NCBI RefSeq assembly: GCF_009914755.1
Contig: NC_060927.1
Length of the DNA: 64,000 nt
Strand: one strand, 5' to 3'
Origin: the human T2T-CHM13v2.0 reference genome, Homo sapiens
Below are positions 1-12,964 of this stretch, piece by piece. Position 1 is the first letter of the stretch. Each line of letters starts with the position of its first letter. A program made the position numbers and the translations under genes. Below the pieces are notes generated by a model. It did not search any database. It was not told the origin of the DNA and was given only the letters and a program-made list of their open reading frames with translations.

Positions 1-1200
1 TTCTAAAATCATCTGTAGACTATGTGGAAAGAGAATAAATAATCAATAATGCTAATGTACCGGAAAACTTAAATTCCCAGAAAGAGATCTTTTATCATGA
101 GCAATCCTTTGTATAAACAGCATTATTTCTCAATGTCTATGCTTATCTTGCCCAAAGTTGAAAAGTGAAGACACTGGACAAATAACAGATATTTATTTTA
201 CTGTCAGAAACCTGGTTGGGCTGGGCCACCTCTGGCCTCTAGTGGCTCAGACATTGCTTCAGTCCCTTGCAAAATGCCAACAAGAAACCGCAAATGAAGG
301 ATTTAAAATTCCATGCAGAGCAGCATATCTAGCAGTCTGAATGCCTAAGGGAAAGGATGCAGGGCTTTTAAGTTCTGGTCCTAGGTGAGGAATCATAAAG
401 TTCCTCAATTTAAAAAAATATATACAAATGGACAAAAATGTCTTAGAACTGAGAAGGCTACTAAATATTAAAAAAAAATTTCTGATATTTCCATACATGA
501 AGATGTTATTTGCAGAAATTAATAGGCAGGCTGTATGTCAGGAAAGTTTCTGGCTCTCAGGGATGGGCTGAGGCCTTTAGATGTGAATCGAACTACATCT
601 CTGGTTTTATGTTTGGAAGACCATAGGGAATTCCAGTGCTCCAAGGACGCTCCGAGGGCCTACACAACTGTCATCAAGCATGTTAGGACATCCTAGAGAG
701 TAGTTCCCAAAACTTCTAGGCTTCAGAATCTTGACAAAGTCATGGGTGGGCATATCCTGCCCTCACGGATAACCCTACAGTTGAGTAGAAGGATGCTGGA
801 ATGCACAGAATTGACACCAGTGAATCTGGAGTTCTCTGTAGTAATGAGCAACACAAATATCTCACCAACAGTCCCACTGTTATCCGAGTCTGCCTTAGTC
901 AATGTAAACTCCTAATGAGACCATGTCTAGACAGTATTGATCTCCCACCAGAAAAAAAAAAAGAACTCAGAGTGTGACTTCTTTTCTAGCTTAGCCCAAA
1001 TGACACCCTAAAACATGCTCTTTCATTCACTCATTGCTAACACTTTTCATAACCTGAGATATTTTATCAACTAGGCAGCCAAGGACCCATAGGCTTCTTC
1101 GCAAGGTATATGTGATATTTTTTATATTTAAAACATCTTTGATATTCAAATAGCAGATAAGAAAGTTACTTAAGCTTATTAAAGAACCTAGAGAAATTAA

Positions 1201-1237
1201 ATGAGTGTATATATATATACATATATATATGAGTGTA

Positions 1238-1271
<34 letters not shown>
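1201..1271. repeat. Interrupted (TA)n microsatellite followed by poly-T
   Basis: atgagtgtatatatatatac...gagtgtatatatatatatatata then a T run, read directly. Confidence 0.95.
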
Positions 1272-3924
1272 CCCTTGCTAGGCAAAGGAGACAGGCCTTT
1301 AAAAAATGAAAGTCCACATAAGATTAAGGTGTGATCATTCAAGTTAATGTGGGCAAGATATCTAAAGGAGAAATCATTAGCTTAAGCTATCCAAAGGATT
1401 TTACACACAGTCCTGTGGTTTAGGAGCAGAGGATCACCCGTACTACTGTGCTATCCATCCCAGCTGGGAAGACATGGTTCTTTATAGAAGTACCCCTTAA
1501 AATTGTCAGGGGTGCTATTAAGTACTTAGGGTTCCCCACTATTCTTATCTCCAGACTGGTCAAATCTACCAGGCATCTTTCTGATATATCAGATAGATAT
1601 AATCTATCATAGATATACCAAAGATTTATTTGCATCTGAGTGTCCTGTGGTGAGGCATTCCACAGCAGGCTGTGCATCAGGTCTGTCTGCAGAAAGTAAG
1701 AAAGAAAGGAATACAGTTTAAAATTCACGTAGGAATGGAGTTTAAAAACTCCCCAGGCAATGTGAAGGTGAGTTAGGACTGGGAACCACAAGCTAAAAAG
1801 GAGAACCACAGAGAATTCTTTCTGACTTTGGGGCTGAAATGAAGCTGACCGAGGCATTCAGGTGGTTCCAGAGGCTGGAAAGTCTCATACGACAGGTTTT
1901 TTTCTCACAAAAGAGAAGTGAAATAAGTACCTTATTATGTTCCAATAATATCAAGATACAAATCTATCTTTTAGAAAAATGCTAAATAAAAACACAGTCA
2001 GAGAGAGACTTCCACCACTATAAATAGTTTCTTATAAATGCCACCTAGAGACAAAATTATCATTTCTATGATCCTAACCAAAAGAGCCTTGCATGTCTTG
2101 GAAATACTTTGCCCTCTAAAGCAACCAGAAGAACATTCCTTCAGTCTATGTGTTCTTGTGCTGGATTTTGAAACTTTTGAGCATTTGCTCCCAAAGTGAA
2201 ATTTAAAAGGCTAACAGCAGGGACACCTGGATAACTAGAAAACTTACCTATTGATATCACAGGCTGCTTCTCCAAATATAATTTCTTGCAAGCATAGTAA
2301 AAATCCTATACTTGTTTGAAATGAAATGAAGGAAAGCCTATCATGAATTTCTTTTTCTCTGTGTTAATGAAAGACACGAGCACACCATGATAAGCAGGAG
2401 AGAATGACCTAGTGTTCATCCTTCTCTTCTTGTCCAACGCAGGTAACTATAGGTGGGCTCTGGGTAGAGTATATGATTGCTGCATATTTCTAAGAAATAA
2501 AGTTAATTTACAGGCTACCTCAATCCTGACACTCTAGGGGTAAGGCAAGCACGCATGTATGTATTTCTGGTAATCAAGAGGGAGAAATAGCAGTGAAAAA
2601 TAGAGCTTGGATATATATCTTAAAGACATGCCACTGATTTCAAAATAGGGCAAGAGCACTTATGATTTAATATAATTTTGTTGGAAAAAGTTAACTCTCT
2701 CCAAGGAAATACAGAGCTTAGCAAATACCTTATAAATAATACAAAGGCATACTATAGTGTTTAGTAGAATCTTATTCACCCATTCTGATTTGGACAAATG
2801 TTAAATGAGACAAACAGGAGAAAAGTTTATTGATTAGGTAACCGATTAAAATTTTGGTGAAAAGCAGAAGTAGTAAGTTCCAGAAACAAGAAATAAATCA
2901 TGTATATCAACAAGAGGAATGAAGGCATTTTGTGCAATCCTGGGGAATAGATTTTCTTAGGTATTTCATAAAATCATTGACTCTAGGGCAGGAAAAAACC
3001 CTACACACATAAACCCACAGCATTCTTTTTCCTGCCTCCACAGTTGTAAAGGCCCGATGATAAAACCTGTTTCCTAAGACTTCCCCAGAATGTGATTCAA
3101 CACATTTTCTATTTTTTTAAAAAAAAATTTCTGCCACTTAATTTCATGTGATAATTTTCCCCAATGACTAACCAAATATGCTTCACTATTATATAAATCA
3201 ATTCTTTCTTAATGCCACAAGTGAAAGTGCAAAGGTAGCTAATGGTTTTCTTCTCATAAAAATCACACTTTGGCTTTTTCCTTTCATATGTAATTAATCA
3301 TATTTGTGACAATCTTCCAAACTTACTTGAAATTTTTCTGAATCCCTTTCAAATCAGGACAAGAACTAGAAATGTCTATACAGGTTTAATATGAAGTAAA
3401 GAAAATGTTTTTCATTTTCTTGATTTATTTCTGAATTCAGCTTGCTCTTCATTAGTGCTACATAGCTGCCTTATTATTCTTGGTCCCCTATGACCCCCTG
3501 ATCATTTTCCCTGAGGGTGCATATTTATTCACTAACTATGTTACAATCATGTGATCTGCTGGATTTTTTCTGATAGTCTACTCTAGATTTGTTCTAAATT
3601 AATAAATCCCATTATTTTTGGCTTCTACTACTTCTATTTATTAAATTCATTCTGAATATGAAGTTTATTTTCAAAGGAATTCATAATTCTTTACTCCAAG
3701 CTTGGTTCTAACAATGAATTTAATAAGAATTGTATTTAATCAATGTTTAAATATATTAAGGGCAAATTTTGTAAAAATGTTAGTGTTCCAAGCTTTCCAT
3801 TTCCCCACAAATTAATTTTTTTAGCCTTTCCCCTTAATCCACTTTCTTAAAAAATAAAATTTTTTTTGTGATGCAGAATTATGTGAACAATAAGAAAAAA
3901 ATAATTAGAAAGGTAGGAGTAAAC

Positions 3925-3962
3925 TAAAAACAAACAAACAAACAAACAAAAAAACCAAAAAA
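3925..3962. repeat. (CAAA)n / A-rich simple repeat
   Basis: aaaaacaaacaaacaaacaaacaaaaaaaccaaaaaa. Confidence 0.9.
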
Positions 3963-5422
3963 CTAAGGCTGCAGACTTAATAGAACTACCATAGCTACTT
4001 AAGGGTAAATGATTAAGAGAGAGACAACGTCTGGCTTCTGAGCAGAGCACAGAGAGAAAGATCACCAGGAAGAAAAAAGATAACAGGGAATTTTAAGGAC
4101 AGTTGCCATGTGTAATGCATAAAATAGTTTTCAAAATTCTTGGAGAGGTAAAAATAAAATTTAGATTTATTTTTTAATTATTTCACTTGCGATGCTATCT
4201 TAAGATTGAACCACATGGGGCCCCAGAATTTATTTAGGTTATACAAATATCCTCCAATTCTGATGCTGATTATTTCATATGCAGACTTCAGTTACCTTTA
4301 CATGTCATAAACACACATACCCCAGAAATAAACTTGATCATCCCATAAATTTTCAAGAGCTCTCAGCCTGCTGTAAATGAAATTTCACCATTAACTCACA
4401 GGTCGATGTCTGGGACAACCTCAAAGACTGCTTGAGTAATTAATAAATTTATATGAAAACATTGGAGTGAAAATGTCTGTCAGTGTCAAATACATAAGAG
4501 GTAATGGCTGATACATAGTAATGCAGTTTTAAACCATTGGCAACATATCTAAACAAAGGTATCAGAGAAAAATAAAAGAAAACCTTGTAACTTGTATGAT
4601 AAGCCTCTTGCATAAGATTATTAAGAAAGTCATAAGCACTTACGGCTTTATTCCTTTTCTATATAGATAGATTGCCCAGAAAAACGTGGACTGAACCTCA
4701 GCTGGAATCTGAGGGCTCTGCTTGTCTTTAACAGCTTAGCTACATTGTTAGAGAGCAACACTACATAATACAGCATGCCCTATTCTTAAGGCAATACATA
4801 AAATTTTAAAACCTGAAGCTAAATTAAAAGGTTATCACCCTTCTGCCTAATGTATTATATATTTGTAAATGATATCTGTCTCTAAAAAAGATGTACCACA
4901 AAGCAAGAGCATATGTGAAACAATAAGAGAGAATGTAGGAGTTAGAAACACATTTAGGTATGTAGGAAACACAAACTTCAAGACATTCCCAAGGATCTAA
5001 ATAACCTATACACAAATATAGCAAAGTCATATCCTAAGGGAGAGGATTTGAGTTCTAAAGCCGGAGCCTAAGGTAAATGTTGCATATAGTCAAACTTACC
5101 ATTGAAGATCACTTTAATCACCTGTAGGGTGCAAGTTACATTGCTTTGTGTATTCAAGACTGACAGTGAATATTTGAGAAAATCAGTTGAGTTAGAATAA
5201 AGAAGGAAGCAAAGAAAAGTCCACCTACAGATATTAGGGTATTCAAACAACCTCTTCTTTAAGAAACTAGCAAATCTCCACCTCTGAGTTTTTATCAGGT
5301 AGGTGATGAAGTGCAAAGCTGTAAACCCTCCAACAGGGCTTATTCCACTGTTTTAATATTCACATTTCATAACTTGGACATATGCATTAATGGATGTATT
5401 TGTCATTGTTAAGATTAAGTAA

Positions 5423-5729
<307 letters not shown>

Positions 5730-7154
5730 TGATAACCTTATTTCATAAGCAAAAGCATCATCCACAGGGTCTGGTCCAGAGCAGATACTCAATAGGGTGC
5801 TACATTTTAATCTAACTCTTGTTTCATCAGACCCACAAACACATTGCTCTTTAAAATCCTGTAGAGAAGAATATGACAACCTGCACCTTTTCTTTCCAAG
5901 ATGGCATTTCCAGTTAGGGTACCTCTGAACAGCTGTTGCTTGCACATTTTAGGCATGGTGAAGATCTACACCTGATGCTGGGTTCCTAAGTGGGCATATG
6001 GTGAATCCACTGCACACAGAAGCACTTCTTTATGCTTGGATCACATTGCAGAAGATTGGACCCCTGACTGGGGCTACCTTTCCCAAGCCTTAACAGCACA
6101 TCAGGCTCAAATCACAGGGCTATCAAATGAGGAGATCCCCTTTTCCAAAAAAAGCATCCCTATCAACTCTCCCAGGAAAGCACATGAACTCATGTTATCC
6201 ATTCATTCTTATCTTGGAAAATACACCCACAAGCCCCTTTTACTGCCACTTACAGTAGGATGCCACAAAAATTCAGAAACTGGAATCCTTTTCCGTCCCT
6301 TCTCCTTTCCTTCCTCCCTTTCTTCTTTTCTTCTTCCTTACCTTGAAATTTCTGCCTGTGGTAAAACCACAGGAAGAAGGAAAGTCAAATGAATTTTCCT
6401 ATTAGTCGACATTTCTGTGATACACTCATTTTTTTTGGTCCCCGTATGAACTCCCTCCAGGGTATTTCTTTATGGGAATAAAGTATGCCAAATGAAATAA
6501 AGAACTTGAAGCACAATTTTATCCTTGACATATGTAGAGAGAATATGTTACTCCTGAATTTATGGTGCAATGCAACTCAGTCACTTCCTTTTCCTCTTTC
6601 CCCTAGTTTGCACTTCCTACTTATTGCTGCATACCATCACAAATTTATGGAGTGCCAATGGCTGTGGCCTCTAGGCAGCTCCCAAATGACTGAATCCAGA
6701 CATCATTGTCTTCAGTTCCCCTTTGGCATTAGTCTATTTTCCATCCCTCTTCCTTTATTGAAATCTGCTTCCAATTATTTTTCATAAGATGGTTTAGCTT
6801 TCTTTTATTTCCTTTAAGTTGAAACTCTTTTATTTCTACCTTTCATTTCTATGCCCTCCTGGGCCTTAAGCACAGTTCTTCTACATTTACAGGGGTTTTC
6901 ATTTAGAAACTATTGAGAACTTTACTATCAAATTGTACTTTTTAAGATAATTTTTTTGCAATTTTAACTAAAAGGAGATTTTTAGACTTTTGGAAAGTCA
7001 TGGCTCCAGGTCTCAGATCTCAGCTGTAGGTTTTATCACTTTGCAAGATGATGACTAGAGTTACAGCACATTCTTTCAACCCATGCCCAAAACTTCAAAG
7101 ATGGCCACCCTTCAACCCCTGAAGATTTCAACTCAGTGTTTTCAGAAAATTGGA

Positions 7155-7392
7155 GGTCCAGGCTTTGGAGTCAGACAGATATGGGTTCAAATCCAGCCTC
7201 TGGCACTTAATTTGAATACAACCTAGAGTAAGTCATTTAACTTTCCTGAGCTTTGATTTCCTTATCTGAAAAATAAGAATATAGATACTTACCTCACCAT
7301 ATTGTTATAAAGATGAAATGAGGTAATCTTTGTAAAATATACACAATGTCTAGCAGGTGGTAAGCATTCAAACTGGTAGCTATTTTTTATTG
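7155..7392 (+). mobile_element. MIR SINE
   Basis: ggctttggagtcagacagatatgggttcaaatccagc ... tttccttatctgaaaaataag ... taagcattcaaactggtagctatt resembles MIR head, core and tail. Confidence 0.85.
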
Positions 7393-8048
7393 TTATGAGT
7401 TAAAATTTTGTATATAATGGATTTTTTTTCCAAGAAAGCTCATCAAGCTGACCTTAAGTAGATGTTACTCCCAAATACCACCCAATTCCATGTCTACATA
7501 CTTGAGAAGTTACTAAACACTTTAAAATTGAAATTGAAAACTAGGGACAAACATAGATTTGAAACCAAAGGAATAGGTAATCAGTTATAAATTTGGATAT
7601 AACATTATGAGCCTCTATTTCAGAAAATACATTCCTTTTAAAGTATATTTACTATAGTTATCCATGCAGACTGAATATTTTTATCAATAGTTGCAAAACC
7701 ATTTCCTGAAAGGGAAAACCATGTAATTATAACTAGATTTTCACATGTTAACCTTTTATATAAGGGAAGAACAAGAAGTAGATATTTGCTAAGAGACTGG
7801 GAAGAAAGGGAAGAGAAGGGAGAGAGGGAGAGACAGAGAGAATGAGAATGAAAGCAAAGAAATTTGACAAGGAATACTATTTGGCTTTTGGCCCTTCCGT
7901 GTACCAACGTAGATGTGTGATTATACCATTTAGGATTGTTGTCAATTCTTTCCATAGGAACAGACTGAACAATGAGACATCTACCTCTCAACCCAAAGAG
8001 AATAAAATTGTCATTTCCCTACAGGACTTTTGTTAATACAAAAATGAA

Positions 8049-8070
8049 ATATATATATATATATATATAT
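8049..8070. repeat. (AT)n microsatellite
   Basis: About 11 AT units read directly. Confidence 0.95.
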
Positions 8071-8247
8071 AAAATTATTATGATTTCAAAAATAAAGCCA
8101 AATATCTAAATGAAACCATGAAAATAATTAGCTCCGATCCAACAGAGTAAGTGAGGTTTTTACTTTGGAAGATAAGTAAATTCTTTCAGAGCATGAGAAT
8201 GAAAAATTGATTGATTCCGATCTGATCTCTAAAAAGAGCAGTCTGAT

Positions 8248-8352
8248 TTACTTTGGTATCAAACAGACCTGCTTCTAAATGCCATTTCTGCCATTTACCT
8301 GTTGGGCAAATTTCTTACCTATGCACTTGGAGTCTTCACCCTTAAAATAGGT
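8248..8352 (+). mobile_element. MIR fragment
   Basis: actttggtatcaaacagacctgcttctaaat ... ccatttacctgttgggcaaatttctta resembles MIR 5' half. Confidence 0.6.
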
Positions 8353-8927
8353 ATGAAAATAGGTAGAAAATAGGCTTGCCATGCTTTCTCTCTCTCTCCC
8401 TATATCCCATGTCTCTCCAAGGAGCAATTCCTAATGTAATTGATCAAATTCAAGCATATGGAGTCTTATTTACTAAGTGGCATGGTCACTATACAATAAA
8501 CGTGACTTCCCCCACTTCTACTTCTTCTCTTCTAAGTTGAAAAAACTCTAATCTCTCAGGTCAGGCTAACTATTTCCTTCCCTCTTTCCTGCCTTCTTTC
8601 TAATTTGAGGCAATAGCATCCATGAGCCCAGGCGATGTCAGGGATTCTTGTTTTTATCTCAACACTTTCATTCTTCCCCATCCCCTCACAGGCCCCCATT
8701 CAGAATTCTTAAGCATGCTATTTGCTTGAGGGGGCATTTAGGAAGTCCCATTTAAGACCTCTGCCAGCTCTAATCTTATCTCTTCAGAGAGGCCTTCGCT
8801 GACTATCCAATCTAAAGTACCTACCTTTATCAGTGTTCTACACTGGAAGGTATTGGGCACAGGTGCAACTAATAATAAAGTGGGTGGTACTTTGTTGCCA
8901 TTTCCATGTTAGGGCCTTTGTGTCTGC

Positions 8928-8930
<3 letters not shown>

Positions 8931-8974
<44 letters not shown>
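8931..8974. repeat. (TC)22 microsatellite
   Basis: Pure TC run read directly. Confidence 0.97.
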
Positions 8975-8976
<2 letters not shown>

Positions 8977-8984
8977 GCTCTGCA

Positions 8985-9270
8985 TCTTTAAATCACTAAG
9001 GTCTCAGCTCTAATGTTATCTCTTCAGAGAGGCCTTCCCTGACTATCCAGTCTAAAGCAGACTCCTCATTCCCACCAACTCACTCCATTACATTAATCTT
9101 TTATTTTGTTAATAGCTCTCATTGCATCCCATTACTTTCTTCTTTATTTGCTTGTTGCCCATCCCTACCTCCTTCCCAAACACACTTATTAAAACACCAT
9201 GAAGACAAAAAGGTATTGTGCTCACCACTTGTTTATCCAGAGCCAGGTGCCTGTCCAAAGTAGATGCACA
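8985..9270 (+). mobile_element. L2 3' fragment
   Basis: gtctcagctctaatgttatctcttcagagaggccttccctgac ... gtgcctgtccaaagtagatgc resembles the L2 3' end. Confidence 0.75.
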
Positions 9271-10544
9271 CCTGCCATGTCCTATGGCCAACCAGGTCCA
9301 ATGAATTCCTTTATAAAGCTCCTCTCCTCAGCTGACCCAGAACACCAGCTGCTATACTGAAGGCTTTCACACTTTCAGATGAGGTGTCTTTATCTTATAA
9401 ATTTCTTTTCTCTAAGCAGAATTTATATAACCTACTCATTACTTTGAATAGCATCTTATTCAGTATACCTTATTGGTATTTTTCAGTAAACCCTGGTATA
9501 AGGCACACAGCTAAGTGAATGTCCCCACATACCTATAAGAGAGTGGCTAGATGCCTTTCTTACCCACAGGGATGGTTTCAAAGAAACCTTTTACACTCAC
9601 TCCCATATACACACATACACAAAGGAAAGCTCACATTTGCATTCCAGATCATCTCCAGGAGGAGGGAGGAGAAATACTCTTTTAAAAGAGCAAACCTAAA
9701 ATTATAATGCTCTTGAAAACATTAGTAGTTAACATTTACTGTTAAGAAAGCCACAATCCCAGACCAAAGATAGCTGAGTGGCATCTTAAATTGAAGATAG
9801 TTTTTAAGTCAGAGCTTAGAAAGTCTCTTGGAAATCTCTTTAATTCCCCCACAGAATAAAATATGGTACAGATTCTCAGGAGGTCCAATAGAGGCTTTCC
9901 TCTAGCATTAGAACAGATCCTTCTTTGATCAAGGATCAGATGAAGTCATTGGTGTGAATTTACTAGGCATATATTTTTTCATATATAACAGAAAATGTCA
10001 ACACTGGAATCTCACTCAGCACTAAGATGCTCACACTAAGAGGTTCAGGAAAATGAGAATGACTCCCAGAACCCATCTCACATTTTCTAAGAGGCATATA
10101 TTCATTGAGGGGAACGTCTAACAGAATGACCTATATTATTTACATCAGTACTTCCTACTCTCACTTTTTTGGCCAATTCTGTGTGGTTAAATTGGCAAAA
10201 GTTCAATGCACACAAGGTGCAACTCAATTATATTTAAGATCACTCATTTATGTCATAAAGTCTTTCTCAAAAAACAAAAGATGCCAGCCCCACAGAACTT
10301 TATCATGTCACATAGACCCCATTAATGCAGTCTATCAACAATATAGACAGATTATTATATTCAGGGAAGTTCCCTCAAGAATTGCCTTACAAGTTCAATT
10401 TAAAAAATCAAAATAAAACAAGCCAGTACTGAGTCTTTCTATGGTATAGTTAAACTTGTAATATTTTATACATATTTTTTGAAAGTAGCCTTGATATAAA
10501 TCCTGAAAAAAGAAAAAAAGCAAAGTCCACATTTCTATAAGTGT

Positions 10545-11050
10545 CACGATGATAAATTTTATGTATCAACTTGACTGGGCCATGAGGTGCCCAGATATTT
10601 GGTCGAACTTTATTCCGAGTATGGCTGTGAGGGTGCTTTGGACACACTTTTAATATTTAAATCAACAGATGCAGTAAAGCAATTGCCCTCCCTAATGTGT
10701 GTGGACTTCATCCAATCAGCTGAAGGCTTGATTAGGACAAAAAAAAGCTGACCCTCATGCAAGAAAGAGGAAACTCCTCTTACCTGATAGTCTTCAGCTG
10801 GGACACTGATTGTGTCCTGCCTTTGGACTCTAACTGAAACACTGGCTCTTCCTGGGTCTCAAGCCTGTTGATCATTGGACAGAAACTACACCATTGGGTC
10901 TCCTGGGTCCCTAGCTTGCCAATGCCAGATCTGGGGACTTGCCAGCCTCCATAGTCACAAGAGCCAACTTCTCATAATAAATCTCTTTCTATACATATGG
11001 ATACACACATCCTACTGATTCTGTTTCTCTGGAGAACCCTGACTAATACA
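10545..11050 (+). mobile_element. MLT2B-type (ERVL) solo LTR
   Basis: aattttatgtatcaacttgactgggccatgaggtgcccagatatttggtc at start; AATAAA near 10976; ends ctgtttctctggagaaccctgactaataca, typical of MLT2B. Confidence 0.9.
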
Positions 11051-11349
11051 AATATTAAACCCAAATAAAAACCCAAATGCAAGTATTAAACCCAAACCCA
11101 AATCCAAAGATGAACAACTTTCTTCATCAGTCTGGCACCTAACTGCATGTCTCTTTATGAAGTATGTAATATTTTTTCATGAGCTGCCATATGTCATTCC
11201 ATCACTCGCTCTAGAACTCTTTTAGGCACTTAAAACTTTGTATATTATATTAAAATTTAATGTATCAAGAAAGGATATAGTGAGAATAAACTGAAAAGAG
11301 TAGTTACTAATGCCAAATATAAGGCAGTCTTGAAAAAAAGAAATATTCC

Positions 11350-11464
11350 TCTGTAATCTCAGTACTTTGGGAGGCCAAAGTGGGAAGGCTGCTTGAAACC
11401 AGGAGTTTGAGACAAGCCTAAGCAGCATAGTGAGACCCTATCCCCTAAAAATTAAGATTTTTTC
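11350..11464 (+). mobile_element. 5'-truncated FLAM / free left Alu monomer
   Basis: ctgtaatctcagtactttgggaggcc...gtgagaccctatcccctaaaa, no right arm; identical 17-bp TSD aaaaaaagaaatattcc at 11333-11349 and 11465-11481. Confidence 0.85.
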
Positions 11465-12964
11465 AAAAAAAGAAATATTCCATTTTTTCAGTAAAAATAT
11501 TAAACAAATTTCAAAAGGCAGAATGGACAGCTTATACATATAAACATATAGGGATATGAAACACATAGTTAAATATCTACCTATACTTTTTATTTCATTA
11601 ATTTAATTGGATACTTAAAAACATGTACTTTACTCAAATTCTTATGTGAGCATCTCAACACATGGTTTATTCAAATTCTGATGTGAGCATCTCCACCATA
11701 TAAGAGCCTCCTTTTTAGCCCTCCAACTGAGTTTTCCAGAGTTTTCCACAAAACTCCAACTGAGTTTTCTTCCCTTGGTTCAAAACAGGACACTCCTTGA
11801 ATCATGTATGATGGTGTTTCTGAAAGTTGTCTCTGAAGGCACAAGTACCTATTTATATAATATTAGCAGCTTTTTCTTCTAAATAAAAATATTTCTTTGA
11901 ACAGGTATATATTTTGATGTCTATGATGTATTTGTCTCTTGTATTGCTTTTTAAATAGACTTTTCAAAATCGCTGTTTGGAACAACATCCAATAGTTGGA
12001 ATTGTGAAGTCATAGCCCCTGGAATCATGACTAACTGTGTTCAATTTCCCTGCTCCTCTTTTATGGATCCTAGCAGATGACCTTCACGAGCACCCAAAAC
12101 AAACCTTGGGTGAAGCCACTTCAGCCCACTGTGACTTCCTAAAGCAGTATTTGAAAGGACCCAAATATAAAGCAAGGTCGTCTCTTCTGAGGGATAATAA
12201 ATTCAGGGGGAAGCAAACCTCACCTTTGTATTTGAGGATATCTGGTGTATTTTAGTGCAATTCTGCCTTTAAGATAAAGTGCCAGCTGACTTAATGGCAG
12301 TTGTGATCTCTGCTTCATTTCATCTTTTATCTAATGATCCGCTAGTTAGTAAACCTGCAAATCCTGAAAGAAACATAAGTACTCTTTTTCTTTGCAGTGT
12401 AATCACCAACAATAAAGCTTTATTTTTTTGCATTAACATTCAACTGCAATGTATTTAAATGTTCCACATACACAAAAACACCTGATTTTTCCCAAGATTT
12501 GTTAAACATAGTCCCTTTGGTGTCCTTAGTAACACTGCAAAGATGTCTTCATGTAAAACTTAATTTGAGTCCTGATTACCTTACTGTGAAAAACCGTAAA
12601 CACCAAACAAAAGTAAGCATAATATCCAAATGCCTAAAACATAATACCCAGGTTGAAGGAAGTGTAAATGTTCAGATTCACCAGTGGGACTAGAATGTAA
12701 ACTTCTTGGGTTGTGGTTCCTCCAAATCATCTGGCCACCTGGGTATCATATCCCACAAGCATATGGTAACACTGATAGAGTAAGCTCAAAGTGTTCCAAC
12801 ACCAGGACATTTCATGGCCACATCAGACCAATTGTATTTTTCACTTCCTCTCTTTCCCTAACTTTTCTCATACAAAGCTTCCTACATTTCCTTTGGCACT
12901 TAGTAATACTTAAATGCATCTTCACTGTCTTATTCAGTGTTTTTAGCTTTGGAAGGTGTATCAC

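Noticed and set aside
1420-1857. 145-aa minus-strand ORF, one of the longest non-L1 ORFs
   Set aside because: No recognisable domain; overlaps probable MER5-like remnant; length is within chance expectation for six frames of 64 kb
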